Of a DNA stretch of 64,000 bases, positions 28,361-40,530 are shown one piece after another. The notes under the pieces are model-generated. The model made no database searches and had not been told where the DNA came from. It saw only the letters and a program-made list of their open reading frames with translations. Positions within the stretch are counted from its first letter, which is position 1; each line of letters starts with the position of its first letter. The translations under genes were made by a program, and so were the position numbers. This DNA is from Nymphaea colorata (Eukaryota): positions 43,152,001 through 43,216,000 of the forward strand of contig NC_045138.2 of NCBI RefSeq assembly GCF_008831285.2, in the 5' to 3' direction.

Positions 28361-28668
28361 TCGTTATCCAAATTACTGCTGATTGCTTTTATTTATTTAG
28401 AAGATTTCGCACACAATAATGTTAAATAGACATGCCCTAGCAGTGTGCTCCTTCTGTTTATTCTGTTTCAGATCCATCACTCTTTGATTTGTTTAGATGT
28501 TAACTTGTTTAGGAATTGATGTTGGCTGCGTGCATCTTATGCAATATATTTTTTATATTCTGTTCCTTAGGTTCACGCATAACAGCAAGTTCTTCTAGTT
28601 TAGCTGTAGGTCTTATAGATATCTCTAGCATAGTCTTAACCGTAGTTAATTTATTTATTTGTTACTGC

Positions 28669-29050
28669 CACTACAACACTTTAGGTCAGCTCTAGCACCA
28701 AAAAAGGCCAGTCAAATAGATCCCTGTTGCTATTTTATTACCGCAACATGTGCCAGAGCACAAACCGCTGCTACTGTTTACAATGGCAGAAGAAGGTAGC
28801 GACAGAGTTGAGGTCTATACTGGCGTGAAAATAGTGCCAATAAAAGGTCGTTAACTGACGCCTAAATAGCGCTAGAGAAAGAGTAACTGTGGCGATAATA
28901 TTTAGCTCCAGAAATGCTATTCACTGGCGTACAGCCGACGCCAGTAAGCATATGTTAAAGACCGTTGCTCAGGCTCTATTTTAGTAGATTTGGCGTCGAA
29001 TGGGGTAGCACCAGAGATGAAACTTTGATGCATCTTTAGTAACGCCAGTG
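28669..29050. mobile_element. One end of a CACTA (En/Spm) element
   Basis: CACTACAACA terminus followed by GC-richer subterminal motifs (CTGGCGT / GACGCC(A), TAGCG). No partner TAGTG end identified. Confidence 0.55.
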
Positions 29051-29697
29051 TTTATTTAAACCTTTTTTTTAAACATTTATAAAGCATATGTTGTACATGT
29101 AATACATCAGCTGAAATACAATAATATTTTCTATAGATAAACACTATAACATGAAATACAAAAATTAGAAGTCGTTTAAGGCATCATGGTTGTATGCCTT
29201 GCCATCACCTATATTCTTGACGGTCCTCACCTTTGCATCCACTTCTAGACCTTCATATCCAGCAAATTGAATACCACCTGAAAAGAACAGCAACATAACA
29301 TTAGAAGGTAGATCATATGATGGCAGATCCCAGTTTTGAACCTAAACATGGGTTGACCAAACATTAAATTGACCTCTTAAGTCGCTTCTGAGTTTTGGCA
29401 TATTTTGAATCCTGATTCTAAGCTTCTTAGAACCGTTCTTAAATTATATTTTCTCTATTTTATTTAGGTTTAGTTAGGCATCGTCATCATCCTGTTTGTT
29501 TTTATTATTTAGGTAATTTTAGTTGAACTTATTTATTTTGTTTCTTTTTTGGGTATGAGTTAAGTGAATGATGCATCATCGTGATTTTTTTTTAAAAAAC
29601 TTAACAACAAGGTTACGATATTGAGTCGGCACGATATGGGAAAGGGGATAAGATCAACTATCACGTCCAGTGTTTCGATGAGCAAGGGTAGTCAAAG

Positions 29698-30175
29698 TAA
29701 GCCTGGGCATTGGGCCGGCCCGGCCCGATCAGACCCGAGTCCGGGCCGGGGCTGGGCCCGATAGGCCGGCCCGGCCCGACTCCTCCCCTCCGCTCCCGCT
29801 CTCCCTCTCCCTTCCCGTCTCCTTCTCCGCTCCCACTCTCCCTCTCCCTCTCTGCTCCCGTTCCACCTCTCCCTCTCCCTCTCCGCTTCCCCTCCCCCTC
29901 TCTACTCCCGCTCCCCCTCTCCCTCTCCCTCTCCCTCTCTGCTCTCGCTTCCCCTCTCCCTCTCCCTCCTCCTCCGTCTCCCTCGCCGCTCCCCCTCCTC
30001 CTCCGTCTCTGTCTCCCTCCCCTCCTTCTCCTCCCCCCCCCCCCCCCTCCGCCTCCTCCTCAATCGGAGGGCGACGGGAGGGCGGGGGGAAAGGGGGTCG
30101 GGAGGGGGAAAGGGGGTCAGGAGGGTGGACCGGGCTGGTCCGGGAAGGATCGGACCGGCCCGATGCCCAGGCCTA
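29698..30175. mobile_element. GC-rich hAT-type MITE (478 bp)
   Basis: TIRs TAAGCCTGGGCAT / ATGCCCAGGCCTA. 8-bp near-TSD AGTCAAAG / TGTCAAAG. GGCCCG subterminal repeats and a pyrimidine-rich core. Confidence 0.85.
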
Positions 30176-32546
30176 TGTCAAAGTACCAAGTTTGAAGAAG
30201 TGAATAATGAGCTGGAGAGTCACTGACATGTAAGTTGAAGCATAGCAAGGTTATTCTATTGAGGCACCACAAAGCAGCCTTTTGGAAATGAGGAGAAGAG
30301 GGGAGGGAGAAGGAAATAGGCTTCAACCTTCACTCGGAATAGCCTCCTCTACTGAAGTGGAGAAAGCGCACATAGCCAAAAGAATGCACCTTCTAAAATA
30401 AAGATACTAGAAAGCACTTACCAATGCTGACAAATGCTTGAAGAAAACTCCAAGCATGAACTCAAGCTCCTTCAAATTAATACATCCTCCTCTTCCCTAG
30501 AAAAGCAAGAAATAAAAGTGAAGAATAACACTAGGGAAATTCAAAATCATGTTAAGGAAAGGAAATGATGGAACCAAATGAAGCAAAAACACATAGGTAG
30601 CATTTGATTGCCCAGATCTAAGATTTGGAGCTGGCTTCACATCCAAGGATCTTTGATCCAAGGATGTAAAAACCGAGGTTTTAAAAAGTTTCGTTTGTTA
30701 TATAAACCCACGTTTTAAGAAACCTTGTTTGATGTTCGCTCGAGGCGTTTCCTCTCAACCATGGAGGTTGGTGGTGTTTTTTTTTTCCTTTCTTCTGTAC
30801 CACCCAAGAACAAGACCATGGTGGATCCTCTCTCTCTCTCTTTCAAGCCCTCAGCCGGTGGTGGAGTTTTTTTTTTTTTTTCCCCAGCCCTCGGCCCTCA
30901 ACCCAACTTGCTGAACGCTTATTTTCGTGGGCAAATTGTCTGCTGTTGGCTTACAATTTGTCTTTTTATGGCAAACCCTCGACCTGCAGTCGAGGGTTTT
31001 CATTTTGATGGCAAAACCTTCATAAAGAGTTTTCATTTTCAGGGCAAAGCCTTGACTGGTCTGTTGTTTTTGTTCAAGCACTTGCCAAGAACAAAAACCC
31101 AATAACAGTTTTTCTCAGGTTCAGTCACCGAAGATTTTTCATTTTCATCCTTGGGCCGCGACTTGTCAAGGGTTTTGTTGTTTTTTTTTTATATCGTCTT
31201 TCTACCTTTGGTTATGGTGGCCAAGTCTCTATCTCTCTCTGGCCTTGACTTCCATGGCAGTCGGGCCTCTGTTCTTCTCTGTCTCTTCCCCTTGTGCATG
31301 GGGGGTGAGGTGGTCGTGCTTCCCACGCAGATTTGTAATCCGCTCTACAGATCGGAAGGGGGGGCCCGATATCAAAACCACATATTTCACCTGTAAAGAG
31401 GATTTGAAATCCATGACTTTGAAATCTGAAGTTTGATAAAACTGTAGATCTTGCCGTGAAATCCAGCCTCAACTCTAAGATCTGAGGATATCAAACATGG
31501 CCATAGGCCCATAGGCTAGAGGTCACCTACAAGCTCGTCAACTTGAACAATGGCAGAAGAAGATGGAAAAAGGTTGGAGTATCAATCCTTTATGCCTTCG
31601 ACAAAGACGGCCTTTCGCTAGAGATCGACTATAAGTTTCAGATCTTTAACCAGACACCCTTACGTGAAAACTAATTGCAAAACTAGATGCAAAAATGACT
31701 ACCATGCTTTATACGGGGTTTGCGAGGCTTAAAATGGATGTCCCTCTATGTTTTGTCCCTAAACCTTTTGCGGACGTGGATCTTGAAGAAGGTGAGGTTC
31801 TTGAGCAAGAGGTGATCTATGAAGGTTCCATTAAATTTTGTTCTAGAAGTCAAATCTCTTCTCACCTCACAGAGACTTGTTGGTTCAATCGAAATGGAGG
31901 ACCAGAGCTAGTTGCTACAGGGATGATAGGGAAGGATGGACTGACGTAAAGGTTCTTCGGAGGCTCAGGTTCCGTAACGAAACGGGAGTTGGTGCTCGCT
32001 AGGCTGAGTCGGAAGGTGATGATCGAGGTGGAAATCAGAGGGACAATTAATTTGGGGTCCTAATTTCTGAGAAGGACCATCATCCTGTGAAAGAAGCCAT
32101 CTAATGGTGAGAATGTGATGGAGGTCTGCATGCATAATGTCTCTCCTTCTATTGATACAAACGTCAAGGAGAAGAAGAAGCTTCTAGATGCATTTCTAAT
32201 CGAATGAAGCTAGTATGGCAAATTCATTGTATCCTCAGTTAGACTTCTGAGGATAAGTGGTGGAATTAGACATAAGTCCTCCGGGTTTCTCTAAGGCCCG
32301 AACTGACGAGGCTCCAGACTTTTTGAAGTCTGAGGTCCTTCCCCGGCCTGCTGCATCTAAGTTTGTCATTCGAGGCATGAAATTAGTTCAAAAGTAGACG
32401 TGAGAGTGAAGTTAGCCAGGACTTTAGGGCCTTACTTTAGAGAAACGAGGACTAGATTCCAGGTTGACCCTGCTATGGGATCTTTCGCCATTGATGAATG
32501 CTTGATTAAGTCTGATGGGGAGGATTCTATGTCAGAGCCTTTTGTT

Positions 32547-32858
32547 TATCAGAAAACAAGATAATGAAGAATATAATATCTCCTTTCACACTTGAATGTG
32601 TGAGGTTCGACTCATTTTATATTGACATTCATTTCTATGTTACAATTGTAAGTTATGGTAATAATGATAAACATTTAAGAATATAGATATGGAAATGATT
32701 CAATCTGGAAGGATTATCACGTAACCGCGGATGTTGTATCCCTGTGATTGCGTGTTGATGAGGCTGGCTGTCGATTTGGATCTGCCATTTTATTTGCAAC
32801 GGCTGGACAGCAATTCTTGACATAGTTGGTGTCAACGGCTAGACAATTAGCCTTAACA
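32547..32858 (-). repeat. 3' LTR (312 bp, TG...TA)
   Basis: Direct repeat of 37662-37973 with 8 substitutions by manual count and no indels. Confidence 0.97.
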
Positions 32859-32870
32859 TGCCCCCTCAAT
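32859..32870 (-). promoter_or_regulatory. Polypurine tract
   Basis: Minus strand ATTGAGGGGGCA immediately before the 3' LTR. Confidence 0.85.
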
Positions 32871-35800
32871 TTGAGCATGTAATCAAGCACGTTCAAATTG
32901 TTCATGAATTGGTGATGTAGAATAATATTAAATGGTTTTGTTAAACCATCAGCAACCTGTTCATTTGATCTTAGGAATTGAACCTTGATATGTCCTTTGT
33001 TGACATGGTCTCGAACAAAGTGGAAGTCGATTTCCACATGTTTGGTCCGAGCATGAAAGACTGGATTGGTAGCCAAATAAAGTGCTCCAATGTTATCGCA
33101 CCAAAGTATGGGAGCCGTGGTTGGTTTGAAGCCAAATTCTTGTAGTAAGGACTGATTCCAAAGTAATTCTGTAATGCCTCCGGCTAGAGATTTATATTAA
33201 GCTTCGGTGCTAGATAAAGCTACAGTTCATTGTTTTCTTGAAAACCATGAAATGGCATTTCCTCCAAGAAATATCACACATCCGCCTGTCGACTTCCTGT
33301 CGTCCAAACAACCTCCCCAATCAGCATCAGCGTAGGCTTGAAGAGTGAGAGGAGACGTGGTCGATTTGAAGCACAAACCATAGTGAAGAGTACCTTGAAC
33401 ATATCGCATAATTCTTTTGACTGCTTTCCAGTGATCAACTGTAGGCTGATGCATGTGTTGACATACTTTGTTGACTGAAAAGGAGAGATCTGGTCTGGTG
33501 AAGCAGGCATATTGAAGCGCACCAACGACGTTCGGTAGAAGGTATCGTTGTCATATGGAATACCATCCTTATGTAGCTTGTGGGTGGTGCTCATGGGTGT
33601 AGGTGATGGTTTGGCTTTTTCCATGTGTGTTTGTTTAAGGATATTGAGGAGATAATTCCTTTGACTTAGATAAATACAGTCATTTTGATAAATAACCTCA
33701 ATTCCTAAAAAATACGACAACCGACCCATATCTTTGATGGAAAAATGTTGTTTGAGTTCTTGAATAACCTTTGATATTACCTCGTTAGATGGCCCAGTTA
33801 CCAAGATGTCATCAACATAGACAAGGACAAAGGCTTGGCATCCTTGAGAGATAAATAAAGAGGGATCCGAGGTGGAGACATTAAATCCCAAGTGTTGGAG
33901 GAAGTTACTGAGCTGCATGTACCAGGCACGTGGTGCTTGCTTCAGGCCATATAGGGCCTTGATAAGACGACACACATGATTTGGTTTGTTGGGGTCTTCA
34001 TAACCAGGAGGCTGCACCATATAAACTTCCTCGGTGAGAATGCCATTTAAGAAAGCATTATCGAAATCGAGCTGGTGAATATCCCATTTGAACTGAGCGG
34101 CCAAGGAGATAAGCATGCGTACAGAAGTTGGTTTTATGACAGGACTGAACGTTTCATTGAAATCAACACCAGCTTCTTGGAGATAACCTTTGGCCACGAG
34201 GCGAGCTTTATGTCTAGCAATTGTGCCATGAGAATTGTATTTCAGCTTGTAGACCCACTTGGATCCAATAACATGAAGATGATCTAGATGAGGAACTAAG
34301 TCCCATGTGTGATTTTCCTGCAAAGCTCGATACTCGGCATGCATGGCATGTCGCCAAGCGGCAGATTGAGAGGCTTCCTTGTAAGTAACAGGTTCATGGG
34401 TATGGGCAGATGTTTGGGACTGAATGGTGAGATAAGTTTTAGGTTTGAGATGACCGGTCATGGATCTTGTGATCATGGGATGTGTGTGAGGGTATGGAGA
34501 CGGATGGTATGGTGAGCGGTAAGTGTGGAGGGCTTAAGGATGAATGTGCGGTGGTGGTGGGTGAAGGGATGGTGGCTATGTCAGTGAGATTAGGGAATGA
34601 TGGTGGTGAGGAATGTGTAGGAGGGGAAGGGAGTTCTAAAGGGTGGGTAGTGACACTTGGAAGTGGGAGATTGCAAGGATTAAACAACTCAGTTGTTGTG
34701 GTGGGAGCAGTGGAGGGTGGTGAGGGAGTGAGTGTGGGAATGGGTGATTGCTCAGGCTGTTGGTTTGGTCGTGGGTTGATGGTAGTCGAGTTGGTCATTT
34801 GGTTTTGATGGTTTAGGTTCATGAGAAAAGGCTGCCATACATTGATGTTGGTAGGATTATGACTGCTGTCCATTTCTAATCCTTGGAAGCCAAGTTTTCT
34901 CTCGTCAAAGAAAACATGTCGACTAATATAAATCTTCTTCTCTTTGGGTTCAAAGCACATATAACCCTTGTGTTTGACGCCATATCCAATTAAAACACAT
35001 GCCTTAGTCTTCGGCTCCAACTTGTCTTGAGTATAGGCTGTTAACACAGGGTAACATCTTGCACCAAAAATTCGAAACAGCGAGTAGTCCGGTCTATGTT
35101 TGAACAAGATCTCATATGGTGTCTGTTGGCTGCCATGTTTTCTAGGGAGTCTATTTATAATAAATATTGCTGTTCGAAAAGCGTCTACCCAAAAACGAGA
35201 TGGCATCTTGGACCAATTAAGCATACAAAGTCCCATTTCTACAACATGTCTATGCTTTCTTTCAACTAACCCGTTTTGTTCGAGTGTGTATGGGCAGGAA
35301 AACAGATGGAAGATGCCATGCTCGGTTAGAAAAGTTTCAAGTTGAGTGCTAATGAATTCTCCTCCATTATCTGATTGGAGAATCTTAATTTTTTCTTGCA
35401 GCTGATTCTCAACAATAGATTTGAAATCAACAAACATTTTGGACACATCTGACTTGTGCTTGAGGGGAAACAACCAGACAAAACGAGAGTAATCATCTAC
35501 TAAAAGTAAATAGTAATTGAAATTTTCTCTTGACTCACATGGAGATGGACCTCAGACGTCAGAATGAAGGAGCTCTAGAGGACGAGTCGTTTTGTGCACG
35601 GCTGGTTTGAAAGGCAGTTTGTGAGCTTTTCCAATAAGACATCCTTCACAGACTCCATCTTCTTTATTTGATAACTGAATAAAACCTTTAGAACGAAGAA
35701 TTCCTATCGTTCTTTTATTTGTGTGTCCTAGCCGTTGGTGCCATGTGTCAAACGATGTAGGACGCTGGCTTTTATTTGCTAGTAACACTTCCTTTCTTGG

Positions 35801-37087
35801 TGGCTTAATCTCATATAGGCCTGCTCGTGTCCTCGATCCTTGAACCATTACTTCGCTTGTCCGAAGATCCTTCACACAGCATCCAAAAGGAGTAAACTCA
35901 AAAGTACAGTTGTTGTCTAATGTAAATTGACTTACTGATAGTAAGTTTTTGGTAATATGAGGTGCATGAAGAACTCGGCGAAGCTTAAGATCTCTACCGT
36001 TAGATTGGATCACCATATTCCCAACATAAGAAATTGGAATGGAAGAACCATTGCCTACAATTATACCTTCGCCTCCTTGGAAGACTTGTTTTTCGGTCAT
36101 CTGGGAGTCATCCATGGTGACATGATTTGTTGCTCCAGTGTCGGGATACCATGTTTCGTCATTGGCTTCTTCAAGCGTCATGGCAGAGAACGCTTTCGGG
36201 ACATCCCAACAGTTCCTTGCAGTGTGTCCTTTCCTTCCACAATATTGACATTCAACGCTTGACTTTGTTTTGTTTTGTCCACCATTGTTATCAGCATTAG
36301 GAGGATAAAATTGGACTGATCGTCCTGGATTTTGAAAGCGATCAGCATTCAGAGGATGTACCAATCGTCCTTGATTTTGAAAACGACCTCCTCTTCTTCC
36401 ACGATAAGTATTTCTCCCTCGTCCCCTGTAGGCCATAAACGCAACATGTGTATTTTCAGATGTAGTAGATACAGACCTTTTTGACTTGAGAATCTGGATT
36501 CTCTTTTCTTGGTTGAGCAGCAAGTCGTATAAACCATTGAAAGTGAGCTTTTCAATGGTGGCACTGGTGGTTACAGATGTGACTAGGCTCTCATATTCTT
36601 CAGGAAGCCCATTCAACATAATCTGAATTAAATCTGGTGTCGAGATCGGATGACCAGCAGTGGCAAGGGTATTGGCAAGAGATTTCACATTATCCAAGTA
36701 GGAAACCATGTCACCACCGTCCTTTTTGATAAAGTTTAACTCCTTCTTCAGCATCATGATATGGAGAGGAGTATGCGTACCATAAGATCTTTCCAATTCG
36801 ACCCAAGCTTCGTGAGCAGTTTCAACATGAATTTGGCCGAGCACCTGTTCTGAAACCGTCGCCACTATCCAACTCAAAGCTAGCTGATCGGAGCGATGCC
36901 AAGATTCGTATGCTGGATTTTCTTCGATTCGATTTGCTGCTTCTATGGATTGTGATGGGGCAAGCAGTGATCCATCGACGTATTTCATGAGTCCTTGGGA
37001 GCGCATTACCGTTTGAATTTGACCACGCCAGAGAAGATAATTGTCTTTGTTCAGCTTGATAGACACTAAGCTGGAGGCAGACGCCAT
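32871..37087 (-). pseudogene. copia gag-pol polyprotein, disrupted
   Basis: gag SIKLNKDNYLLW, knuckle CQYCGRKGHTARNC, protease WYPDTGATNH, WHQRLGH..CEGC, integrase SDNGGEF/QNGLVERKHRH, RT KALYGLKQAPRAW/YVDD, RNaseH ADADW/TKHVEIDFHFVR. Stops at ~35552 (DV*GP), ~33227 and ~33197. Frameshifts in the IN-RT linker and near 33530. Confidence 0.95.
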
Positions 37088-37649
37088 AGATAAGTAATAG
37101 AAAGAGGAAGATAATACACAGCAAGGAGCAAGTTCTCAATCGAACTCCTCTGTTTCAGATAATGAAGGCTGGATTGCAGATAAGGCCAGAAAACTGGTTG
37201 CTAAAGAAAAATCTGTATCTCCTCAACGCAAGGTCCAAAAAATCAAGTTAGCAGAAGAATGATTTCCAGACACCTGGACATCAGATGAGCTCTTGCTTGA
37301 TGGCTCTTGTGGCAGGAAAGAGGATGTGACGGAGATCCCCTGTTGTTTGTTGCAGAACCTCTAGAACACCAAGTCAGACCTTCAAATTTCAGGTGCTCAC
37401 TCGAGCAACCTTCAAAAATTTTGAAAATGGGCAAGAATGATTTCCAAACACCTGGAAATCTGATTACCTCTTGCTCGACGTCTCCTGTGGCCGGATCTGA
37501 TCACGCCAGTGGATTAAAGAGCCGCTGGACAGTCAGTATTTCCTCTGTTCAGCGATTTTGGACGCTTCTCAGGCATACGCCAGAATTCAAACATGAACTA
37601 GACAAAAGGTTGAAACCAACGATTGTTTCTCAAGCTCATTTAGAACCTG

Positions 37650-37661
37650 GCTCTGATACCA
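37650..37661 (-). promoter_or_regulatory. tRNA-iMet primer-binding site
   Basis: TGGTATCAGAGC on the minus strand, directly after the 5' LTR. Confidence 0.95.
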
Positions 37662-37973
37662 TATCAGAAAACAAGATAATGAAGAATATAATATCTCCTT
37701 TCACACTTGAACGTGTGAGGTTCGACTCATTTTATATTGACATTCATTTGTATGTTACAATTGTAAGTTATGGTAATAATGATAAACATTTAAGAATACA
37801 GATATGGAAATGATTCAATCTGGAAGGATTATCACGTAACTGCAGATGTTGTATCCCTGTGTTTGCGTGTTGATGAGGCTGGCTGTTGATTTGGATCTGC
37901 CATTTTATTTGCAACGGCTGGACAGCAATTCTTGACATAGTTGGTGTCAACGGCTGGACAATTAGCCTTAACA
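37662..37973 (-). repeat. 5' LTR (312 bp, TG...TA)
   Basis: Direct repeat of 32547-32858, adjacent to the PBS. Confidence 0.97.
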
Positions 37974-39339
37974 TTGTTAAGGATGCAGATTTGGTTATGC
38001 AAGCTATGAATGAAAATCTGATTTTTTGGCATTGGTCACCTAAGGTGCGAGTTACTTTGCTTAATTTCTTTCCATGAAAGTCTTCTTATGGAATGCAAGA
38101 GGTCTAGTATGGAATGAGATTAGGAGGTCTGCTCCTGATGTTTTGTGTATTTTTTATATGCTCAGCTTGCCTAATTTTTCTGTCTGGAAAATTTTGGTTA
38201 GCGAGTTTAGTCTAGAGTTCAACCTATCAATGGCTTCCCTTCTGCTCGAATTGTAGTAGGATGGAATCCTATGTTTTTTACTCTCCTAGATTGATATTAG
38301 GCTTTTTTTTTAATTCAAATTAAAGGCAAAGACAGACGGCCTGGTCTTACATTATCGATCTTTGGTGTCTATCTCCCCCAAAATTGTCTTAAGAGAAGAG
38401 GCCATTTGTGCGACTTGGGTGTAGCTATTGCATGTGTTAATTGTCCTTGCGTGTTGTCGGAGATTTTAATGCCATGCGGAGTGCTATAAATATGTTGGAA
38501 TGTCAGTGGATGTCAGAAATGGGTCATCTGCAGGAAATCTATGCACCAAGGAATTCCCGGTTTGGTGTGAGAATTGTTGTTAGTTCATTACCGTGGTTTG
38601 TAGAGGAATGTTTTCAGTTTATTCTGAACCAGCTTCCCTCTCCTGCTGCTTCAGCTTGCTTCGTTGTTGCCCCTGCTTTCTGGAGAGATCTGTTTAAGAG
38701 AGAAATAAGATTTAGGAAGGAGAAAGGTAGAGGAGCCTCTTTGGGTGGAGAAATTATCAGAGTTTCATATGTAGATATTGTAATCCTTGTTCTTCTACTC
38801 TTAATCTTCTGTTTCTTCCTCTGCCACTGAACTTCTCAAGAGTCGGTGTATCTACCTATCCTTTGGAGACCCACTGCCTTGTGTAGGATTTTCTTGGGAT
38901 CTTTGTTTTTCTTCTCGTGTACGTAATCATTCTTTGATTTTTTTCTTAATAAGAGGGTAAGGGACCCTAATCCCCAGCAGCCTTGCATTGGAAAACTATT
39001 TTCAATACAACAATAATCACTTAGAAATTCCTAAGCTACTCTCATTACTCCATAGAAGGCACTTTTGAAATCTCTCCTTGAAAAATGGCATATGGTTCCC
39101 ACCAACGGTTTGTGTTGGATCTTGTCCAAGATCTAAGACGGATTCAATATGTCAGATCTGGACCAATATCGAAAATTTATCCAATATTAAGTAAAAATCC
39201 TCTAAATCCCTTAAATTGACTCCAACACTGATGCAATTTAGACCAAGGCTTAGCGACACCAAGAACAATGTATACACTGGCCTAATTCTATAAAAAACAT
39301 GGATACATGATTTTTGTTAAATTTATATCCATAGCATAA

Positions 39340-40530
39340 ACTATGGAAAAAGAGAGAAACATGGGCTAAACCATATTCTGGTGATATGTTCATGGCAGGA
39401 ATGTCTACTTCTCAATGAAGTGAGATCATGAACAACTATTTCTAGAATTAGGTCAATAAACAAATAAGTTCATGTCAGTTTGTTGTGCGATATCAAAAAA
39501 CAATAGAATCCACGACACTTCGAAAAAGACTTGAACTTCAAGATGAACAATTAAATGGAGCCCAATAGAACACTTTATCCTATGGAAGATCATTTACAAG
39601 TTACTTTTACTTCAGAGATATTCAAAAATACTTCTTATAAGAACTATGTGCACCCGTGACATGCACTGCTTACTTACCCAAGATGATGATCAGTTGAGCT
39701 ATATACTATTAAACAAAGGATAAGAGGTCATGCAATATCCCCAATTACTAAGGAGTACACAATTTAATATGATAAAAAAAATAAACAAATGTGAAATTGT
39801 CGATGCAAGCTATAGGAATCGTTAGGAATTTTGTGTATGTTTGCAGTATTTTATGCATAAAAAGTAGACAAATTGCGATATGCCTATGTACTCAAAAAAT
39901 GGACCAGACATGCAAAAAAGAAGTGTTGTACAAAGACATTTTACTTTCCAAGCACAAACTGATGATGAAAAGATTTCTTTTACTAAGAAATAAGAATATT
40001 CGTCAGTTAAAGTCAACTGTGTGTGTGAAGGAAGCATTGTCCAATCATAGATGTGTTGAGCATGCATTAATAAACGGCTAAATTGAAACAAGATTTGCTC
40101 AATCTACAGTTGAGTGAGTCAGTTACAACTATTGTTGACGCAGCACAAGTTAGTCACCAAAGTGTGCAAAAGAAAGTGTTACAACCCATATAAGTAAAAG
40201 AAGAAGATGTTAATGGTGTCAGGGAAAGTGGACGAGCCGTGGCGAAGGGAAGCTGAAAGCAAACTGTTTCAAGAACCCACCAAAACAAAAGCTTAGAAAA
40301 TGTGTTTTTTGTCATAAATCGGGGCATGATTCTCACACTTGTCCTTTAAGTATGAAAGGAAGGTAAAGTTGTCGTATTGATGGATTTTCTATTTGCAAAA
40401 ACTTGCTTTTGTTTATTTATTTTATACATATGCAGGAATACTTCAACTGATATCGATGTTGCAAAACCAAGGACATGTCATTCATGTAGAGGCATGGGCC
40501 ATGATGAGAGAAATTGCCTAAAATTAAGAC
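39340..40530 (+). pseudogene. FAR1/FRS-type MULE (Mutator) transposase C-terminal remnant
   Basis: Read through stops: LWKKRETWAKPY..DMFMAGMSTSQ*SEIMNNYF (~39340-39440), SWIM finger NCRCKL*ESLGILC (~39795-39836), KKWTRHAK (~39900), terminal knuckle CHSCRGMGHDERNC (~40477-40518). Confidence 0.8.

Larger units (their letters stand above)
32547..37973 (-). mobile_element. Full-length Ty1/copia LTR retrotransposon (Ale/RE1-like), 5427 bp, non-functional
   Basis: Two 312-bp LTRs, 5-bp TSD TTGTT (32542-32546, 37974-37978), PBS, PPT and gag-PR-IN-RT-RH order. Confidence 0.97.
31662..38995 (+). mobile_element. Decayed, internally deleted L1-clade LINE, split by the copia element
   Basis: ORF1-like GFARLKMDV...QEVIYEGSIKFCSRSQISSHLTETC (degenerate CCHC knuckle, 31695-31949). 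ORF2 start MKVFLWNARGL (38074) and endonuclease motif VVGDFNA (~38455). RT is absent. The 3' end motif (~38947-38990) matches that of the second L1. Confidence 0.75.

Noticed and set aside
29710..30195. 161-aa Pro-rich (extensin-like) ORF
   Set aside because: Lies within a TIR/TSD-bounded MITE and reflects C-rich low complexity.
30595..31661. Possible PIF/Harbinger MITE (right end CCAGACACCCTTA; AAAACC/GGTTTT repeats like 19100-19255)
   Set aside because: The left TIR is too degenerate and the TSD could not be established.
34075..36262. Plus-strand ORFs overlapping the copia pol region
   Set aside because: Antisense shadows of the retroelement coding sequence.
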